From assembly GCA_951406725.2 (NCBI GenBank), contig OX597832.1, positions 13,330,001 to 13,394,000 on the forward strand: a stretch of 64,000 nt of DNA, read 5' to 3'. The position numbers were made by a program, and so were the translations under genes. The DNA is from Octopus vulgaris (taxonomy: Eukaryota). Position 1 is the stretch's first letter; the number at the start of each line of letters is the position of its first letter. A model generated the notes under the pieces. The model was not told the origin of the DNA. It did no database searches and worked only from the letters and a program-made list of their open reading frames with translations. Below, in pieces: positions 28,069-41,995 of this stretch.

Positions 28069-28085
<17 letters not shown>
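27841..28085 (+). mobile_element. Chimeric SINE: tRNA(Arg)-like head of the 47149 family (first 23 nt duplicated) fused to a CORE-SINE-like tail
   Basis: AGGCGCAATGGCCTAGTGGTTAG twice; body matches the 47149 family up to 28025, then GGCGGTGCCTCAGCATGGCCACAG..CTGAAAC and poly(A). Confidence 0.8.
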
Positions 28086-28112
<27 letters not shown>

Positions 28113-28926
28113 CAATCCAGGCATGTGAAATGACCATGATGAATATACAACTATACAGTGCTATTCACTTAATGAATACGTAGTAATTAATTCAGAACTG
28201 ATAAAGAATAATTAACAACTTCGAATTAAGAGAGTTAAGTAAAGTACATGTGAATATATTGAACACGAATCTGGATAATTCGTAATGATTTTAGATTTTT
28301 CCTCCTAGCTGTAATGTTAAATAGAATAGTGTTGTCTGCCTTAATGATCTACAGAACAGTGTGGAAAAAAATTACACTGATATTTTTAAATTATATTAAT
28401 TTAATTCTTATGCTTAAGGGAAAATCTGTACTTTGTTAGCATAAACAATGACAGCTACGCAGATTTTGCTATCATTAGATAAGCACATATAGGTTAATGC
28501 ATAAAGAAGAACGTTAAATATGGAAAAAAAAATTTGAGAAGAGGACGTAGAATTGAGGTAAGAGAATGACGTAAATAAGCTAATGGAAGGCACCTAGATG
28601 TAACTGATACCAAGCATTTCCTGAAAGACTTATGAAAACTATTTTAATTAAATGAATTTGTTTCATATTAGGTGATGGAAAATTACCCGTTGACGTTTAT
28701 TAGTGACTCGCAATGAAAACTTATGTTAATTTAGATAAACTTAATATAATATAATGTAATATAAGATATTTAACATTTGTAATAAAAGTTTCAGAGGAAA
28801 CTTTTAGTGTAACAACCATACAGACAGACAGACAGACAAACGACACAGGCGAGTGATAATGGTTTGGTAACATGTATCAAGCTATCTGTGGTGCTATTAG
28901 GTACTTATTTGGATGCGAGTAGACAT

Positions 28927-29123
28927 ACGTGAGGGCGCTGAAACTTTCCTGACTTTGGGTAAAAAAAAATACAGAAAAAATCAGTTAAATCTGATTTCAT
29001 TCACATAATTTTGCTGCGCACCTTCCGTTTTTCTTAGCCCTATAAAAAAATTGGGAACGTTGGGTCTCCGATCATGCCTTTCGTGGTAAGTTTAACCCAT
29101 GAACTTTTCGGCAACTGTTTGTA
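28927..29123. mobile_element. Decayed mariner-derived MITE
   Basis: TACGTGAGGGCGCTGAAACTTTCCTG ... CATGAACTTTTCGGCAACTGTTTGTA: degenerate TIRs with TA ends. Confidence 0.45.
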
Positions 29124-29199
29124 GATTAGTAGGGGTCTAATTAACAATGTAGAGACAAGACGAACTTGCTTCATTAAACATATTGCTAATTCATTTGTT

Positions 29200-29588
29200 T
29201 CTACTTGTTTCAGACATTATACTACGGCCAGGCTACGGTACAACCATGAAGGGAGTAAGTCCAACGAGCAGATGCCAACAATTATTTTATTTTAAGCGTA
29301 ATACTCTTTTGGTGTCAGTTGCTAAACCGCAGCGCTAAGATACGGACACGTAAAAGAGCCAACACCGGCTGTCAAGTTGTGATGAGGGAAAAAGACACCA
29401 ACACACATAATATATATATATATATACGACACACTTCTTTATGTTTCTGTCTACAAAATCCACTCATAATGCTTTCCTCGGTCCGAGGCTAAGCAGAAGA
29501 CACTTGTCAAAGTTGCCACAGAGTGGGAATGAACCCTGAACCATGTAGTTGGGAAGCAAGCTTCTTACCACTCAACCACGCCTGCACC
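29200..29588 (-). mobile_element. Diverged CORE-type SINE
   Basis: Reverse-complement similarity to 24504-24929. Confidence 0.8.
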
Positions 29589-29628
29589 TATGAAGGAAGA
29601 CTGTTAAGCAGACCGTGTATGTATATGT

Positions 29629-29674
<46 letters not shown>

Positions 29675-29680
<6 letters not shown>

Positions 29681-29820
29681 TGACGCTCAGGAAAGAAGGG
29701 AAGGAGGGTTTAACGTTTCGAGCGGAGCTCTTCGTCGGAAGCAAAGGAGAAGGAAAGATCCCGAGAAGGGAAGACAGAGGAAAACATTGTTTGCTGGTGG
29801 TGCTCAAGAGATCACATAGA
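29675..29820 (-). mobile_element. Penelope pseudo-LTR fragment with hammerhead motif (29708-29742, core CCGACGA variant)
   Basis: Same family as 41555-41780; GCUU-CCGACGA-A-GAGC(UCC)GCUC-GAAA-CGUU-AAAC. Confidence 0.7.
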
Positions 29821-30017
29821 GAGAGAGAGAGAGAGAAAGGGAAAGAGAGAGAGAGCAGTTGTATACAGTCAACTTAACGTGACAGTCCCATAAAGGGAAT
29901 CACACCGCCGCTATCTAGCCCTAGGAAGCATCAACGCTTCCTGTCGGCCTTGATACATTTCCTGTGTCATTACGTTTACTAAGGGGAGACAAGAACCCCC
30001 ATGCAGCTAAACCTGCA

Positions 30018-30059
30018 TCCAGATAGATGTTTCTGAGTCTTACTCGTCATCAGTCTGGA
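30018..30059 (-). ncRNA. Minimal type I hammerhead ribozyme, partly degenerate
   Basis: UCCAGA-CUGAUGA-CGAGU(AAG)ACUCA-GAAA-CAUC-UA-UCUGGA: perfect 6-bp stem I and core; stem II closing pair and stem III deviate. Confidence 0.65.
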
Positions 30060-30767
30060 GTAGCATGGCCTGCTAGTTGAAGATACCTGTCTAGACTTTG
30101 TAAACATATAATTTCAGTGAAGTAAATTCACTGATCACAAAAAATAGAAATTTTTCTTGCTTGTACAACATATGTCGAAATACAAAATTGATATGCTGAG
30201 TGTGTGTCAGAGGTTATTCTGACTGGGTAATTGCTGTTTGGTGTTCTGATGCATGTGACACACCTAGGGTGATTTGTTGACTGAGTTAGTTTGAAAGCTC
30301 ATTTTCCGATTGCTTTCAGGTTCGGTTCGACATACTCTGCTTGAAATAATGAGCGACTAATGTGCCATATGTATTTCCCGTGGTCGATATATGAACAAAA
30401 CTTGTAGTGCTATGCCACATAATTTATATACTTACAAGGGGTCGCGGCTTTTCCAAATAGCAATCGATCACGCAATTGTTTCTCATAGTAGAGTAATTAC
30501 ATGTACACGTAAGTTTTGATTCGTATATATAAATATTCCACAGTAGTTTAATTTAATAACCACATTTTTATCTTTGGTGTGGCTCACAGCAGCACTGGCA
30601 AAGTTTCTTGTATGTCATTTATCATCTCATACGTTGCACGAATATGTTCCTGGGGTTATTTCTTTTACAAATTCGATCAGTAATCACGTCTTACTATGCA
30701 CATTTTTGGGCACAAATATCCATGTTTACTTCTTCCTTTCTCGCTGCTTTTCAACCTGTGTTCGTTT

Positions 30768-30841
30768 TTATGGCAGACTTTCCCCTCTGGCTAACATTCG
30801 GGCGTCATCCCCGACGGTGCCTCCTTTTAATATCAATTCAC
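30768..30841 (-). CDS. Terminal coding exon of a putative 78-aa secreted peptide gene ((G)ELILKGGTVGDDARMLARGESLP*)
   Basis: Acceptor tatgtgtcaacAG, phase 1 matches the 31429 donor, TAA at 30770-30768, ATTAAA twice near 30550. Confidence 0.7.
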
Positions 30842-31251
30842 CTGTTGACACATAATCAAATATTGTTATCAAAATGTCTACAAGTAAAATGTACAAAAAA
30901 GGTAAAATATATTCAAAAGGTAATAAAATATATTCTCTCCTCCAAACAGAGGCAAATAAAATGAAATAAAATAAAATGTCTTACGCACATCATTGTCACG
31001 CTTCCATATGCACATATGTAACAGAATAAAAAAAAAAGAAATATAAATTAGAAAATAATCCAATAATGACGTTTTTTTTTCTTCTTGCAACTCACGTGCT
31101 TGTAACAGACAGGTCCGTTTACATTAAGAGAAAACAGAAGCAACGACATCTAAGACAATAACAACAACGATAAAAATATGAACAGCAAGAACAACAATAA
31201 CATTAATAGTTTTAACATAAAAATGATGCGCTAACACAAGTATTGTATTTG

Positions 31252-31333
<82 letters not shown>

Positions 31334-31428
31334 GAGGGGAAAGGAAAAATGATGGAAAGTTATTGGGGAGAATGATGATAATGTTGATGGTTATCATACT
31401 AGCTTGATCATGAAAGGTAATTTCACAC

Positions 31429-31545
31429 CTGGCTTCTTGCCATCTATATCGATATGTTGCATTGTATTTGGTGGCCAACATTCATCAAATTCGCGTGGCT
31501 TGTAAGAGAGAAGATTTATGGTGATGCCCGCAAACACGCCAATAA
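31429..31545 (-). CDS. Internal coding exon of the same gene ((I)IGVFAGITINLLSYKPREFDECWPPNTMQHIDIDGKKP)
   Basis: TTGAC branch-like site, ttcccgttgtAG acceptor, CAG|GTGTGA donor, 117 nt open, phase 1-1, in-frame stop just upstream of the acceptor. Confidence 0.7.
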
Positions 31546-31879
31546 CTACAACGGGAACTTGTCAATAAATGTACTGGATGGAGTATCTCACTTTAATTAT
31601 GTTCTCCAGAGAGGTTGTACATTTTCACCGATACGATATTCAGTTAGTTAGACCGATGCTGTGCCTGTGTGTACTGAACACCAATTTTGTTGAAACGAGA
31701 GATGACGCAGAATATATTAGGGCGTTATTGTACAAGCAGCTGCGATGTAATATATCACAGGTAGTTCTAGATGTCTGAACACACGCTGTCTGTATACGTG
31801 CTTCTGCACTTACACACGCAAGGAAACACACATGCGCAAATAAATATACACAGGGAGACATAGACACATTATGTGTGTG

Positions 31880-32380
<501 letters not shown>

Positions 32381-34719
32381 GTATATGCACACACACACTC
32401 GCCCACGTGTACGCCACATCACACATATACATATATATTCAAATTAATACACACATTTCAGTGAGGGAATTAATATACAGTTACGAAAGAAAAAAAAAAC
32501 GTTGCTAGTATGTGTATTTAATATTTACTACTTTCGACACCACGTTTATAAATATGTGTGTGTCTGTGTGTCCGAATGCGTCTGACTTGTATACGTGTGT
32601 TTGTACACACACACACAGACACACACACACACACACACACACACAGATACACACATAGGCAGCCACACGCACATATATATGTTATTAGCAGACATGTTAG
32701 AAAACATTATTCTTTAATATATCTTGACTGTCTTAACAGAAAATGAAACGTTGCTAGTATGTGTACGAAATATATACACACACGCCGTATCTGTGTGTGT
32801 ATGTAGTTGTATGTATTTTAGTTTTATGGAAGTATTATATTGTCTGACCTCACAGCAAGACAGTCGCATTTCATTTTTACTACTTGTGAAGTTCACTGTC
32901 TATTTTTTATTATCATCATACTACTTGTCTGACTCGTAATATCTGTTCCCCACGTCGCCTCTGAACCTCTATATTCATCATCAAAGGCTGCCCGTTGCGA
33001 ATATTTTTTATTCTTATTTACGCAGTATATCATTTCTATTCTGTAAATCATCTTTTTTTTTTACGCAATATATTATCTGTTATTTTTATTTCACATAATG
33101 TGTCATTTTATGCATCTTTATTTTTTTTCTTATGCCGTACATCTAATGTTATGTTATCGAATATGTTCCATTTATTTGTAACATGTTAGGGAATATATAA
33201 ATGAGATTCAGTCGCTATTTTTTAAAGTCATGCGGCTATATAGAAAATTCCGCATTGACTATTTCTCTTGTGAAGATATGATAATTAGATAAAGCTATTG
33301 AGGTGCCTTTCCTTAAACGAGCTGCTCACCACACTTGGTTTCTGTGATTAAATGGCGCGGTTTAACTTATCTCTCCAGAATTAACAGGAAAGAAAATGAA
33401 CTCGTTCAAATTCAAACCAGTCTACAAATTGTTTCAGGAAATTATCCTAGAGAACCTGTAGTTTTCTGTTTAGTATACATGTTTCAGAATCTTTGTAATA
33501 CGTTGGAAATTCAACGAACGTTGAATAATTCGGATAGCAGCCCACCTGGGAGGCTACCATCCAAGTCGCCAGGTATTTCCTATTGCATACGGATTTTCAA
33601 CAATGTATGCATTTTATGTCATTTCAAGTCATCAGAGAAAGCAAGGTAAGATTGAAATGCAAGCTTTCGAAATATAGCGTCCTATAGCTTATGCAAAATC
33701 GTTTATAGACTTATAAATGCAAAGCATACAAGAATGCATTGGCGGAGTATCTGCCCAATGGATATGGAATTTATTGATTAAATGTAATAATACTGGCTAT
33801 TGTAACCAAAAAGAATTTACCACACAGTTATAATTAATGTACAAATGAAAGACAAATCTGTTAAAGAAAATTGTTAATAAAGGAATTGTGGTGTACGATT
33901 AAAAAAAAATTAGAAATGTCTTTTTAGGCAAACAGTTAACATGAAACTAAACTAATTCTGTACCAAATTTTGATTTCAACATTAACTTATTTTCTTTTAT
34001 TCAACATTAACTTATTTTCTTTTATTACTAAGTCCTTGTTACCAGGTAAATTAATGAACGGATTACCTTATCCGGGTCTATGTCTGACTATATCTGGTAT
34101 TTTATTGAATTTTAATTAATTTTCTGACTTCAACTTATTGCACAATTCTTCCCTCTCTTTCTTTAAATGTTTGCCTGGATATGCCTTTTAGTCCAGTAAA
34201 AGTATAACAGGATCCACCACTAATTGCAACAGGAACGAATCCATTGTTCTTCGTTTTGAGTCAAGAATTTTTATAACATACTAAAAGTCCCAAAGAATCA
34301 TCTGGGTGGAACATGGTGAAATAGCACAATGAAAAAGCATCATTATTTTACCATTTTTTAACTTGGCGCGACTTCAAATTTTCATAACCTCTTAACTAAT
34401 CAAGATATTCCAAAAAAGAAAAACAACTTTACCTATGATTTTCTGGTTAATCATTCAAGTAAAAGTGTTAAAAATGAGTTACCCCTCCCTCATAAAGTCA
34501 AAAATGGCTATCGCTTGCACGCATTCACTACACATACACACATATACATCCAAAATAGAATTGTTTTCCAACTCCTAATTTCACAGGCTTTCATTTATAT
34601 TGACATCATCAGGGGATAAGAAAGAAAGAAAAGAAAATACATAGATAGATACAAGTATACGCTGTCCACTAAATGCTTACGGTCCTCAATGTCCGTCAGT
34701 TCAGTTACCTTGTCAGTCA

Positions 34720-35560
34720 GATTTAGATGCTATCTCCATCCTCATCAATGTCATAATCATTGTTCTGACAAACATCTCTGCACCCAGAAGAAGCAGGTGG
34801 GCAAGGATAATGCTACATCATTGAGAGTGATTTCACTAGAGAGGAGATCATCATAGAGGGTGCCTATTGTCCTCAATCCCAGTGGCATAGTGTTATTAGA
34901 TTAAAACAACATGCACCCTGACAAGCCGCTCAGGAGAAGTGTGTGAAGGAGATGACCACGATGGCACGAGCAACTGCGTTTCCAATGAGTATATGGGTAA
35001 TAGTGTTGCCAGCGAAGATCGCTCCCAAAATTTCTCGAAGGCATATTCCTCTCATCAAGTATCCAATGCTACTCAGAAAGCCCATTAGTGTGTCAAATCC
35101 CCCATGTCTTAAAACAACCGGATGTAGGTCCTTGTGCTGTCTAGCACTTTCCACACTTCTAGTTGCCTTGAACCAAAATGGCTCGTCAAAAGTGAGCACT
35201 TGTGTAGCTTCATAGCGCTTGGCAAACTTTGCAACGGAGTGCACGGTTGAGTTGACACACGCCATATCACTCGGGTTCATATCAACCATGGGAAAGAACC
35301 TGGTGGACGACTGTCCTGGGTGGTCTCCGTTGGTTATCATTTACATTTATCTCGACCATGCTGGTCTTGGTAACCGGACTGACAGGGACGTTTCCTGCAG
35401 GAGATCTACCTTGGGGCTTTCCCTGTGTTTGGGTCCCTCTGGTAGAGCTTCATACATGATATCAGCAATTTCATCACCAAGTGATATGAACTTTTTAATG
35501 CTGCTGCATGCAACCCCAGCGATCTCCTTTACTTAAGATACCTATCTATATCTGTCATGC
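34720..35560 (-). mobile_element. Internally deleted remnant of a poorly characterised putative DNA-transposase family (TFDQPL/LRLGGFH type with C-terminal CXC-like motif)
   Basis: HPGQSS.FFPMVDMNPSD..VLTFDEPFWFKA..VVLRHGGFDTLMGFLSSIG; upstream DLL..RPAWS; C-terminal PCPPASSGCRDVCQNNDYDIDEDGDSI*. Confidence 0.7.
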
Positions 35561-36059
35561 AAATCCGAAACTTTGTTTATTTTTAGGCGATCACGTTGGA
35601 TTGTGTACAACCTACGCTATGACACTCTTGTGGACAACAGTATCCTTGATGTAGAGAAGATTTAGATAACCAATGCATTTTTTCATGTTTATAAAATCAC
35701 TTTCAGGAAATTCATTGATACCAGTTATACATTTTTAAATACATGAGCAGGGTCGCGAGTATTTTGCAGTAAAACAATACCCTCTGTAAATGCATCTGAG
35801 ATATCGTTCCATGTGACCCTTTCAAGAAAGACCACTAGACACTGAAAGAAATCCATTTTCTTGTCACATGTTGGAGCATAAGAGTCTACTAGATTAGTCT
35901 TTCATGGTGGCCACACAGTTCAGTGATTTTATCTGTTGGATCTAGGAAGATTATCCGTATTGTGAGATCCCAATCCCAACCTTTCAATAGCAACATAGCT
36001 TCTGCACCTGCTGATCTTCAACCAACACACCATAGACAACGAAATTGGACGGCTATGTT

Positions 36060-36800
36060 CCTCGCTGAAAATTTCGGTGTTTACTGATGGCTACAAACAT
36101 TGTATCTCATGACACACGATCAAACCTAGGCAATGTGCATTGGCACCGCCTGAGAATAGCAAGACTAATTTAGAAAGAAGTACGAAAATGAGAAGTTTCA
36201 CATATTCTTATGGAAGGTCACAATTCCCTTTGATTTCTGCTGGGGAAGACGACAATCGAAGCAGTTGCCATGATTCAAATAACTTGCAAGGTCGCTACCA
36301 TGAGCAAAACACAAGTTTACAAGTGGTTTTCTCGCTTTAGGGATGGGCACTTGTCGCTTGAAGACCAGCATCGTCCATAGCAACTGTTGACCTCCCGAAC
36401 AAATGAAAACATCATAAAATTGTATGAATTGATCTTGGAGGACCGTCACTATACAATTGATTAACTTGCTGATACGGCTGTTACGACTGAATGTGTGTCA
36501 TGAACTAAAAACAGAGTCGGAAGTTGATCTGGACCTTTTTTCAAAAGTAATCACTGGTGGCGAAAGCTGGTGCTTCAGCATTTGCAAGTGTGGAAGAGGT
36601 GGTGAAAAAAAATATTGATTCGTTAAAAGGTATCACTTCACAGGAGTTCTAGGACAGATTCGAACAGTGGAATACGCGTCTGGACCGATGCATTGCTTCA
36701 AATGGAGAACAATTTGAAGGCGATAAAAGTGTAAACATCTAAAACTAAGTGAATAAAATAATATTGCAAAATTCCAGTTTCTTTTGGGTACCTCTTTGTA
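36060..36800 (+). mobile_element. Decayed mariner transposon
   Basis: Fragments SLEDQHRP..TNENI..LILEDR, SKVITGGESWC (ITGDETW), DRCIASNGEQFEGD; TIR-like end GGTACCTCTTTGTA. Confidence 0.8.
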
Positions 36801-36988
36801 TGTTAAACAGCTTGGTAGCATTCTTCAATACATTTCATTTCAGAAACTACTTGAAACATTTTTTTAACATTGTTCTATTTTACGCTGATCACGCTGCGTC
36901 ACAATAAGGTTCGTATCAGTGCAAACTTTTCTTACTTATATGAGAACTGGACATGTTTTCAATGTGAAAAATCCATCCTGTACAATAC

Positions 36989-37198
36989 CTATTGCTTTAT
37001 TACCCACAAGGGGACAAACAAGGACAGACATAGGTATTAAGTCGATTACATCGGCCCCAGTGCGTAACTGGTACTTAATTTATCGACCCCGAAAGGATGA
37101 AACGCAAAGTCGACCTCGGCGGAATTTGAAATCACAACGTATCGCAGACGAAATACCGCTAAGCATTTCGCCCGGTGTGCTAACGTCTCTGCCAGCTC
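36989..37198 (-). mobile_element. Monomeric Deu/Nin-domain SINE with tail type B
   Basis: Same unit as the arrays at 630-1280 and 44820-45811. Confidence 0.88.
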
Positions 37199-38461
37199 TG
37201 ACATATATCACAAAATCAATGTCTTCCCCCCGATGCTTCTCAAGCAAATTTCAGCAGTGACACCCCAGTTCGTGCTTGTTGAAAGATACGCAGCTGCATA
37301 TTACTATTTTTGTTCCAGTTTGCATTAAAAGATGTTCCGATATCGTTAGTGTATGTTTACCTATTTGCGTACTGATGTGTAAATTCGGCTACAGCCTGAT
37401 GCTGCTGCTTTTTAACCATCAGGACTTGATCAACAGATTTGCAACACCACACAGTGTATGATTTTAATTGTGTTTTGAATGATGCTACTACTCTGTTATT
37501 ATTTTCGTCGTTGTTGCATTTGCTGTCATTTTTGCCTCCAGAAAAAGTTAAACGGAGGCAATAATTTCATACCCAACCAGCAAGCGAATTTGAGCGCGGG
37601 AGGCACTGCTTTTCTACTACATTAATTGACTTCCGTTTGTTGTATATTTGTTTGCTGCTAGTATTCAATTTGTTATTATTGCTACTTTTGACATCGTTGT
37701 TGTTGCTGGTAATTTTGATGTTACTGCTGCAGCTGACGATGTTGCTACCCTGTTGTTTTCCCTATTGATATTATTGCTTCGTCTCCAAACCAACAAATGG
37801 CCTTCCGTTCTTAAACGGTTGTTAAGGACAAATTTCTGTAAGCCTTCCATAAAGATTTTTTTCTGTAGAAAAATTCAAAAAATATTTCGTTTTAGGCAAA
37901 TAACAACAAAGGTCGACCAGTCCATCACAGTTCTGGTCGACTTAAAAACAAGCTAAAGCAATAAAATCAATTAATGCAACGCTCTTGAAAGGAAAACAAG
38001 TCACAAACATACGGACCTCCCAAAACGCTTTCAGCTCCGGTGATTAATAACAATAACAGTAGAATGAAGAGCAATAAAAACAACAATAATGACAATTAAA
38101 CATTTTGAGGGTAATATTTAATGTTTGCTTCAATGTTGGTTACTCATTTATTAATCGAAATTGTCTAACATTAATTAGACTTACTAATTTTTGATGAATA
38201 ATAGTTTACCTGACCGTGCTTAAGAGAAATCTTATTAAGTTAGTAATCTCCAATGCCAAACAAGTTTCAGGTTACTGAACTTGATTGAGTTTATTTTCGA
38301 TAACGAAATTATAGTTTAAAATGGCAACAAAAGAATACTTGTGAATATACGGTTTCACTTTCAGACCAGCAAAATCAATAATTTTGCTTTGAATATATAA
38401 TTCGTTTTGTATACTGATTCTAAATAAAATATACACATATACTTACATATTTGTACGTACG

Positions 38462-38494
<33 letters not shown>

Positions 38495-38849
38495 GAATAG
38501 ATGAATATATACATGCATGTATACACACATACATACATACATACGGGCGTATATATGTATTAACATACGCGAACACACATCACAAAGTTAAACACGCGTG
38601 CGCGCAAACACACACGTATATATAAAGTGTATATATGATGGACTCGCTGGTGGAAGATGACATATGAGTGTTCAGCCTTTGCTGAACCGCCTGCACAATT
38701 GGTTTGTTTATATTGATCAAATGTATGTGTTATATATTTGCTCACTCTCACCATTAAATCAACGCTGATTTGAACAGGTGCACAGTGTGATGAACTGTTT
38801 TACTCAAGAACACATATATATCCGTAAAGTTAATGAAGAAATATATGCT

Positions 38850-39250
38850 CAACCAAGAACATGCTCACCGTTTTTCCGACTTCCGCGGTATTGAGCATCG
38901 AGTATTCGTACCCCGAAATCAAACTGTCAATCGAGAGTTCTACTGAGACGCTTTGAAACGGTTCAGGGAGGACATTCCATGGAAGTGATCGGATCTGTAG
39001 AGCGCGAAGAATTGGATTCTTCAAGTCCAGAATACACCTTGATACCGAGCTCTCCTCGTACTTGAGGTTTTGGCCATATGTAATATGGTATCCCTGTTCA
39101 AAATGAAGAGCAACTCGTGGAAGATCCTCCACTCGCTTATAGAAAACGACTTCAAGGCCGGATCCCAAAAGTAGAATGAAGCCTGAGACCGGTGCAATGC
39201 TGTGCAGGGGGATTATTTCGAAACAGATGATATTATAACTTAGGTAAAAA
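38850..39250 (+). mobile_element. Decayed mariner transposase C-terminal half
   Basis: KNMLTVFSDFRGIEHRVFVPRNQTVNREFY*DALKRFREDI ... DRCNAVQGDYFE. Confidence 0.82.
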
Positions 39251-40114
39251 AAAGTAATTTTTTTATTAAACATAACTAGAACATATTGATAACACATCGT
39301 AAGCCCAATCACAAAAATGAGCATAATAAAAACATCACACGTAATGTTGAAAAATTAAAAAAAAGAACAATCTTGAAAACCTTATTAAGCGTTTAGGTTC
39401 ATTTAAAGTTCACTTTACTATAACCTGATGCTGTGCTCTAAGCTATTTAGAATTTCAATCATGTTCTTTCTTTCATCGATGTAGTCCAAATGTGTGTGGG
39501 TGTTCTAGCGGACATTTTATCCTAAACCCTTCGACAAGACTCAAATAAAATTGGGGCGGCCAGTTCTTATCAATCACATGCTGGAACGCATCACATAATG
39601 CATAACCAATTAAAAGAGTCCGTGTTTTTTTTAGATACTGTAATCGACAATTGTGTTTCATTATTTCAGGACCACCGGTGATTAAACATGAATATCATAA
39701 ACCACGGAAAATTACATGTAAGGTAAAAATCTGCTTTCCCAATATGAGTGACTTACACACGTAAACACACACACAAACACACACACACACATACACACAC
39801 ACACGCACAAACACACACACGAGCACAGACATACACTCACACACAGGCTCACTCGCATACATGCAAGCACACACGAACATATGAATTAACGACGGGAAAT
39901 AAACATTCCATACTAGGTACACAGTTGACAGCATGTATCGCAATGTATCTCTGGCGTATTATTTCAAAGGCTGTTTATCACCCATTTCTATTTCATTACC
40001 AAAAATACATAGTTGAACATATTGCATGGAGTGGAATCGGTTTGTTTACGACGTATGTCATCATTGGGAATACTTCCTGTCACTAAAGCTATTCCTTTGA
40101 ACTTTAGTATGTGG

Positions 40115-40137
40115 TCATACATACATACATACATGCA

Positions 40138-40176
<39 letters not shown>

Positions 40177-40216
40177 TATATATGAGTTATATATATATAT
40201 ATACATACATACATAC

Positions 40217-40270
<54 letters not shown>

Positions 40271-40275
40271 TATAC

Positions 40276-40324
<49 letters not shown>

Positions 40325-40439
40325 TATATATACATACATACATATATATATACATATATATATATGATATATATATATACACATATATGTATATATATAC
40401 ATATATGTATATATATATATGTATGTATATATATATATT

Positions 40440-40486
<47 letters not shown>

Positions 40487-40516
40487 ATATATATAAATAT
40501 ATTTATATATATATAT
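40115..40516. repeat. ~400-bp imperfect (TA)n tract
   Basis: Directly visible. Confidence 0.97.
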
Positions 40517-40777
40517 TTGGAGGTAAGATGAAATATTCTTCGTAAACTTACATGCCGAGTATTAAACGAAAAGTTCTCAGAAGAGGATAAACTCAAATAT
40601 CGCTTGTTATAATGTTAGTACATATGCTCATGGCGGAGAAGGTGCATAAAATATATAATTTTGCTGTATCATGTTAAATTTGAAGTCTTACAATGTTTAG
40701 AATACGTAGGGGATTATGTAGAGCAAGAAAAAAGCCAAAAAAAAATAAGAAAGGAAAATAAATAGACACCGACTCAC

Positions 40778-40823
40778 TATTGCCAACTAAAATAACAAAT
40801 ACGAGCATAGGCAATAACATCAT
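40778..40823 (-). CDS. Signal-peptide exon of the putative 78-aa peptide gene (MMLLPMLVFVILVGN); exon starts at 40826
   Basis: Acceptor ctttctcttcacaacgcAG, ATG at 40823, donor ATA|GTGAGT in phase 1; the hydrophobic run continues into exon 31545. Confidence 0.6.
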
Positions 40824-41554
40824 TTGCTGCGTTGTGAAGAGAAAGCCAATGCGATTATAGTAACATTTAACAATAGCTTATTTAATAAAGATAATGAGAT
40901 ATATTTGGGGGAATTATGGTGGAATGATTTCTAAAATAAGGGAAGTGGTAATTCAGTAACGAGACCGACATATATATTAATGTTTGTAAATTTGAGCAAT
41001 GTTGCCTCTGGGTCTCAGTTAAATGTTTAATATTTGAGCTAACGTATGCTTACGTAGGATTTTATATAGAAAGTATTAGACACGCATTGGTGTCTATGAA
41101 ATCGGCTATTCTCATGGATTAAACATTGGCGGTCATGCGTTCATAATGGTTAACATATTTTAAAGGAAATGCCACGTGAACACTTAAATGCGAACATTAA
41201 TAAATGTATTAATATTGCTGAGTTGATAAATAGAGAAACGGTAAGACCGACGCATTTTTCTGTGGTTCTTAATTACATGTTCATAGATCAATAGATTCAA
41301 AGTAAAATTCTGGTGTCATCTTTCCCGGGCATACCAGACGTATATATCTGTATATTCATGCACATTGATATAATTATTTACACACACAAGTGCACAGAAA
41401 TATGTATGTATATAGATATAAGTCATATATGTAAGGAGTTCCGATTAAAATAATTGTATTTTAACAAAATTGAAGTATATTAAATTATTCCGATAAATTT
41501 ATCTTCCCAGAGGGCGTAATATCCAGCCTTGTATCTCTCTTTATATATATATAT

Positions 41555-41780
41555 AGTTCATCCAAACATGAAAACACAAAGAGAAAAGACCACAACGCGA
41601 GGACGTGGACAAATAGAGTATTATTGGACGCTCAGGAAAGAAGAAAAGAAGGAGGGCCTAACGTTTCGAGCGGAGCTCTTCGTCAGAAACATAGGAAAAG
41701 GAAAGATCCAAAGAAGGGAAAACGGAGGAAAAAATATCGCCAACGGTACACACACGGTCGCATTTTGAATGACCGGAAGG
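41555..41780 (-). mobile_element. Penelope pseudo-LTR fragment in (TA)n with hammerhead ribozyme (41656-41690)
   Basis: GUUU-CUGACGA-A-GAGC(UCC)GCUC-GAAA-CGUU-AGGC; intact core. Confidence 0.78.
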
Positions 41781-41846
<66 letters not shown>

Positions 41847-41995
41847 GCGATTTCTTTTATAGATTAAGAAAAGTCAATGTAGCTACAGAGAAAATCAGTA
41901 CCTATATTCTTATATTCCTATTAATAAGAATATTTCCTGTACAGATAAATGTTATCTGTATCTTTAATGAGCATATTTCTTCTACTCTCTCTCTC

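Noticed and set aside
30574-30964. Two plus-strand ORFs of 93 and 118 aa
   Set aside because: They are antisense to the terminal exon and 3'UTR of the minus-strand gene, with no protein-like features
37911-37942. GTCGACCAG/CTGGTCGAC hairpin
   Set aside because: Isolated 9-bp stem with no Helitron CTRR end or other supporting context
38830-39324. 164-aa minus-strand ORF
   Set aside because: It is the antisense reading of the decayed mariner transposase on the plus strand
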